A DNA stretch of 64,000 nt from Takakia lepidozioides. Lineage: Eukaryota > Plantae > Bryophyta. The notes beneath the pieces were generated by a model. That model ran no database searches and was not told the DNA's origin. It saw only the letters and a list, made by a program, of their open reading frames with translations. The position numbers and the translations under genes are program-made. The stretch covers positions 71,672,001 to 71,736,000 of the forward strand of contig CM060733.1 in assembly GCA_030704615.1 (NCBI GenBank), given 5' to 3'. Position 1 is the first letter of the stretch; each line of letters starts with the position of its first letter. This document shows positions 57,801-64,000 of the stretch, one piece after another.

Positions 57801-60800
57801 TATGTTTGCATTGCGGCCAAAGAGGCCATCCCTTGGAGAGATGTTCCCGGAGGCAGGTGGACCGACCGGCCCCTGCCACCATCCAGCAAGTAGAGAGGAA
57901 TTTGGAAGGGCAACGAGCCCCATTCCCGGATCAGTATGTGACTGAACCACCCAACCCTCTACCGCAATAGCATAGCATGTATTTTGCTACCCCAACGCAG
58001 ATAGCACAACGACCTAGGCCGGATCAGGCAGGTCCATCATACTCAGGGGGCAATGCCGCCCAGGGACAGGCTGCTCGAGCAACTTATTCAAATCTCGCGG
58101 CTCAAATAGCCCAGGGTTTTTCTAACACGTGGTCTCCCCCTCATGATGTAAGGGTGCAAGGAGGGCATCAAGCGTCTACCTCGGCGCCGCCTCAGCAACA
58201 GCAGACCAACGTACACCCCAATCATACAATGTGCCTTTAGGAGACGCAATACCAAGTAAATTGGATTGCGAGTGAGCCGGAGGCCACTCCAACAGCGACA
58301 GCTAGCCCCGGAAAAGATAGCTACGCAGTGATGACCCGACAGCAACGAGATACGCTAGGGAGAGGCCCTGGGTATGAGGCGTCGGAGTCAGCCACATCCA
58401 CATCGGAACGGGAGGATCTGAACTTCACAGTGATGAAGTCAGATGCACGAAAGGTGGCGGAGACTGTGCTTCAGGAGAAGGTAGCATTTACAGAGGCGGA
58501 ATCTCCAATAGTCCAACCAACCATTTCTCGACCCCCAGAATCAAGAGTGAAGAGTCCAGCGAATCGGCCGGCGGCACAAGAAAAGCTTCACCGGAGGAGG
58601 ATGCATTCAACTATGCGGTTCACAGACGAGCTGGAACCGTACAATTTAATGGAGGATCTTTGCCATATTCAAGCAAACATTACGTTTGCACAACTCTTAG
58701 CCATGGCGCCCACAATCCACCACGTTCTTAAGGCATCATTGGTGAGGAAGTGAGTGAGCACTTCTGCTCAGGCCCACCATATCAATGCTCACATCGATCC
58801 AGGACTAGTAGAGATAGAAGTGGAAATTGCTGACCGATTCATACGGCGTTGTTTAGTGGATGATGGGAGCTCAGTCAACATCATGCCGTTCTCCACTCTA
58901 TCCAAACTGGGTTTGAACAGGACAGGGGAATCCCCTCTGACAATCAGGCTAGCTGACCAGCGGAAGATCTGACCAGTGGGTCACATAGCAAATGTAAAGA
59001 TGAAGACAGGAGGCTACACGTATGTAGTAGACTTCCAAATCACAGACTTCCCCATCGACGAATATTTGTATGCACTCCTATTAGGGAGGCCATGGTTGGT
59101 CCAGTCCAGGGCACGAACGGATTGGGTGGCAGGCACCATTACTTATGGGGTAAGACCTTACACTACTACTATTGCATTTCTTTCTGGAGCACCTCACGAA
59201 GAAACAGATGAGGATGAGCTTAGCATGATTGGCTTTGAAGAGGAGTCTGCAGACTTGAGTGAGGAGGATTTGTGGTTAGAGGGAGAGCTCCTCCCCACCT
59301 TGCACGCCCACCGAGTTTTAGCAACAGCGGACGCGCCTCACAGGGAGGTTAAGCGAAGAAGGGCAAGACTAGAAGACGCAGTCAAGTCTCTAGGACCGGG
59401 ATTGTATGAATGCGAGTCTGATGTAGACTGCATTGCCTGGTTGTTCGGAGAAAACCAAGGCAGGGAAGTGATGGTACACTCGGTATCAACCGAGGCACTT
59501 CCAGAGTTCGAGTCATTGACCGAACTTTTTTCCATATCCGCTGAACGGGTTGGTCTGCAGGACAAGAGATTCCTCAGGAGGAAAATGGCGAGATTCTGGA
59601 TATGAGATTTGTAGAGGAGGTCGACCTAGAAAGGGATGTCCTAATTAAAACATAGCGCCCCCTACATTCCTTATTTGCAGCAGGGATCAAACGGATCTCG
59701 ATTTGAGCCGAGGTCGTGTTTCACATCGGAACCAACGATGCAGTTGATCGACATGGCAGTTGGAGGAGAGTCACCAAAGATGGTGAAGGTGGGAGCCCAC
59801 TTGACAACAGAGCAAGCCTTGGAGTATCAGGCACTGTTCAAGGAATTTTGGGATATTTTTGCATGGTCCTACACCGAATTGAAGGGAGTGCCTTCTTACG
59901 TGGCAATGCATTCCATTCCCCTGATTCCGGGAGCCACCCTAAGATGACAACACGAGAGGAGGGTGAACCCCAACTTAGCACTGCTCATTAAAGCAGAGAT
60001 TGAAAAGCTGCTGGCCGCATAATTTATTTTCCCAGTGGAAACATCAACATGGGTGTCCCCGATGGTGATCGTCCGAAAGAAGAATGGAGGCCTAAGGGTA
60101 TGCGTGGACTTCCGCCCCCTTAACAAGGTAACACACAAGGATCATTTTCCCTTGCCATTCATAGATACTTTGGTGGAAGAAGTAGCAGGAAAGGAGCTCT
60201 ACTCCTTCATGGATGGCTTTTCAGGGTACAATCAGGTATTGATTGACCCAAAGGACGTGTTGAAAACCACCTTTACTTCACCATGGGGCACCTTGGCCTA
60301 TCCTGCAACGCTGGAGATACTTCTCTAGACATTGTAGGTGTTCTTCCAGAGTGATGAACACACTGAAGTTGTCCAGGAACACTTGCATGAAGTTGTTGGA
60401 AACTCATTCTTGCCTACTTCAAAGCCCATCATATATCAACCTCACCCAACTCACCACAGCCACTGGTGTTCGGCTCTTAAGTCCTAGTCAATTTACCTTG
60501 AAACATTCCCGTGCCACTATCAAAATGCGTAGATATTTGCTACACCTCCGCTCCTTATTTTGTCACCCAACTGCCTCTTGTACCCTTGAATGCGATTTTC
60601 CATGCTCACTCTTCCCTCATAACCAGCAAGACCTCCTCCCGGATTTCAGAACAGCCCCAGCTACCTCAATACTCCAACAGCTCTGAGCCTCCCATAACAC
60701 TCATGAACATTCTCGTCCAGACATCTTCCTCTCTCCTCCCCCCAACCCCGCAACTAATCAATATCAACTTACCCCCCCTAGCTCTCCAATTCCCACCGCC

Positions 60801-62850
60801 CCTCGGCGTAACCCCTACTTAGCAAACTCTAGACAATCCACGACAAGACACTCAGAATCAACCCTTAGTCTGTAATACATTCGTAATTTCCCAAGCATTG
60901 TTGAGCTCCTTGACATGGGCTTGAAAGCTGAAAGGACATACATATATAATGCCCACCTACGCATGCAGAAGCTCTTGTGCAGCCTGCTAGTGAAAGTAAA
61001 GTACAACCAAATCAACATAAAGGAGACACTTCTCACCTTGACAGAACAAGATTCCAGAATTTCCTCACACACCATGCAGAAATCAACAAGCTTGTTAAAT
61101 GGGCATGCAGCTTCAGAAACCCCACTTCTGGCCAAGCCCTCGGTTTCTCATCGTCACAGCAGATTACTGCTGTCAATCCTAAGAAGCACACATGCCAATG
61201 GAAACTTATCAAACCCCTCCTAGATCTCCCACATCAGCCCACATCAGCTACACCTGTTCAGAATGCTTTCAGATTTGTGATCTAGCATTATGTCTTGCAG
61301 AAGACATCACAATATCAGAAGGAAAGACTACTCAGTGAGTGGGTTGCATGCAATGAATGAGACCACCACCTCTAAAAAACTGTTGGAATCAGTCTGAACC
61401 CTGAGAAGTGCACGTTTTGCGTATCCTCTGGAGTATTGTTGGGACATGTGGTTTGCAAACAAAGTATGTTGGTCAACCCACGGAAGGTCGAAGCAATTCG
61501 GAAATTACCCCCACCGGAGAACCACAAAAAGTTGAAGGGATTCTTGGGACAGTCAGGGTTCTACAGGAAGTTCGTTGAGCAATACGCTAACAGGCAGGAC
61601 CGATGACACAACTGCTTAAGAAAGGGGAACACAACGAGTCGGATGACAAATGCCAGGCTGCGTTTGAAGTGCTGAAGGAGCCACTGGCGGAGGCACCCAT
61701 ACCGATCACCCCGGACTAGAAACTCGAGTTCCATGTCCATAGGGACGTCTCCAACATGGCATTAGGCGTAGTGCTGTCTCAGAACCAGAACGGAGGAATT
61801 GACCAGCCCATCTATTACGCCAGCTGGCTGATGAACTCGGCCGAGCGGAATTATACGACCCGGAAAGGGAGGCTTTGGCAATGATATACGCAGTGCAAAA
61901 GTTTTGCCATTACCTTTTGGCGAATAAGTTTTTCGATCATCAAGCGTTGGTCTACCTGGTTACTCGACTAGTTCTTTCAGGACGGATAGCAAGGTGGGTG
62001 CTGTTACTGATGGAGTTTATCTTCATGGTCAGTTACAAACCAAAGAAGCAGCACCTTGTAGCGGACCACCTATTCCGTATTGAGACTGGCGAGCCACCCG
62101 TAGGAGTGGAGGATAACACACGGGATGCAAACCTATTTGCGTTAAGCTCAGATTGGCAAGGACCAATATACGACTATCTCAGGACGGGGCAATTCCTTGA
62201 GGATATGTCAAAACAAGAAAGAAGGAAGATAGTTGTTAAGGCATTGCCTTATACAATTTTGGAGGGAAAAGTATATAAACTAGGACCAGATGGCATCCTA
62301 AGGAGATGTGCTACAAGCACAAAGTCAAGGACTCTACTCGAGCAAATGCACGATGGACCGGCAGGAGGTCACTTAGGCCTAGATTCTACGGCCAAAAAGA
62401 TGCTTAGCACGGGATATTGGTAGCCACACCTATTCAGGGACGCCCTTGAATTCTGCCGGAGATATGACCATTGCCAGTGGATGGGTCCCGTTGCAGCAGG
62501 TGGTGTCGCACTATTACACAGCTTGTTGCCAGATGAACCATTCTTTAAATGGGGATTAGACTTTGTTGGCCCAATTAAGCCAGCTGCTCATTATACTGGC
62601 AACAAGCACATCCTGGTAGCAATGGACTACGTCACGAAGTGGGTCAAAGCAAAGGCCCTATGGGATAACACGACAGCCAGTATGTACAGCAAAATTCCTG
62701 TACAAAATTTGGCTGTCCACTGGAACTTGTGAGTGACCAAGGGGTACACTTCGTGAATAAAACTATCCAGATTCTCATAGAGGAGTTCATGACACACCGC
62801 CAGTCAACAACGTACTACCCACAAGGGAACGGGTAGACGGAATCAACCAA
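54900..62850 (+). mobile_element. Ty3/gypsy element C (different family), decayed; 5' boundary uncertain
   Basis: gag 56528-57970 (three CCHC knuckles), protease LVDDGSSVN, RT 59675-60300 and from 61387, RH, and integrase (GGHLG, KWGLDFVGP). Many stops. Confidence 0.88.
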
Positions 62851-64000
62851 CCCTTAATTTTGCGCAGACTTACGGATGGTAGACTCAGACCAACACAGGC
62901 CTTAGGGGTGACGGACACAAACCTTAGGGGTGGCAAACAGGCTCACACAGTCAGTCACAGGCTTACACAGCCTATCATAGCACGTCACAATCTATCACAG
63001 TCTATCACAGTCTATCACAGCCTATCACAGCCTATCACATAGCCAGTCACAGCCCGACACAGCTTCACACAGCCAATCACAGTCTGACACGGCAAGTCAC
63101 AGCCTGGCACAGTCACAGCCCGACACAGCTTGGCACAGCCCGTCATAGCGTTCACAGGGGACGATTATCATTGGCAGGGAACGACTGTGTGGGAACGACA
63201 TATGCAGAGGGAACATGCGTTCTGTCTTGAATGGCAGTTAGTTAGTTAGGCGGTTAGAACAGCTTGCAAGTAGAATAGGCAGAGTAACGACAGGGGAAGG
63301 GGGATCACTTCTTGGACGTCACGGGGGAGATCAGGGCTTGGACATGTTTCTGGCATCACGGCGGAGAGCACGATCTAGGAGCACAGGGATGGAGTTTACA
63401 CAGAAGAGGAGATACGACGAGATGATGCTTGATACCTGCAAGCTGCAGAGATGCACTGTAGAGCAATTTAGAGACACCATAGCTTCGGCCTGATACATGA
63501 TAGATATTAATATGATTCATATTTCATATTCACACCGTGTAGAGAGATATGAGTGAAGCTGTGGAATGAATGCTTGAGGAGATGGAACATGGTAGATTGC
63601 AGAAGCAATCTGATACTTAATCATAGACAATAAGGTAACTTGCTAACATGAATGCGAGAATGAATACAAATAGGAAGCACCCCCATGATACACTAGTTGT
63701 AGGTCATGACTGATTGTTCTGAGCGGGCTGAGTACTTAGAGATTTCCAACTTTCTATCTTGGAGTCTACACCTCGGATAGCTAAGGGATGGGTGAGTAAA
63801 AGCCGCTCGACATTTGGCGACCATACTGGGGAGCTGAGTCAAGAACAACCAGATGTGACAGGCATCTAGTGGGATCATGGTGGATGGAAAATCAAATAAT
63901 TTGATGTGAATCAAATTCCCTGTGAAACTGAGAAAGAAAGATTGTCCAAACAATTCTTTCAGAGGTTATTGGAATTGCCAGACGGTTGCAAGGAAGACAT
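62851..64000 (+). mobile_element. 5'-clipped LTR (to 63200) and leader of another family-A gypsy copy
   Basis: Colinear with ~24086-25142. Confidence 0.85.

Overview
Eukaryotic, transposon-saturated plant DNA. It looks like a non-seed land plant, probably a bryophyte; this is an inference from the moss-like SUMO N-terminus, the PLS-DYW PPR fragments and the TE families present. I found no clearly intact host gene. The window is a nest of decayed mobile elements: four to five Ty3/gypsy pieces, a piggyBac with a hAT-type MITE inside it, RTE/RTEX-like LINE fragments, and an RNase H + restriction-like-endonuclease (RandI/Dualen-like) LINE. It also holds pseudogenised host fragments (PPR-DYW, HD-ZIP IV, alpha/beta-hydrolase, SUMO exon 1, Ulp1-type protease). 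Three things stand out. (1) An 11-kb Mutator-like element (37326-48351, 9-bp TSD) carries, head-to-head with its transposase, a multi-exon gene joining a ParB/Srx-like domain to a beta-class DNA amino-methyltransferase-like domain. Two of its introns contain about 12 copies of a 22-bp palindrome, and a related element end at ~52090 has its own 24-bp palindrome array. (2) A ~5-kb TIR element (14777-19748, 8-bp TSD) is inserted into an HD-ZIP IV sequence and carries PPR-DYW RNA-editing-factor cargo; a second copy ends at 929. (3) The RLE-type LINE contains a PCIF1-like adenine methyltransferase segment. All domain calls come from recognising motifs by eye, not from database searches.
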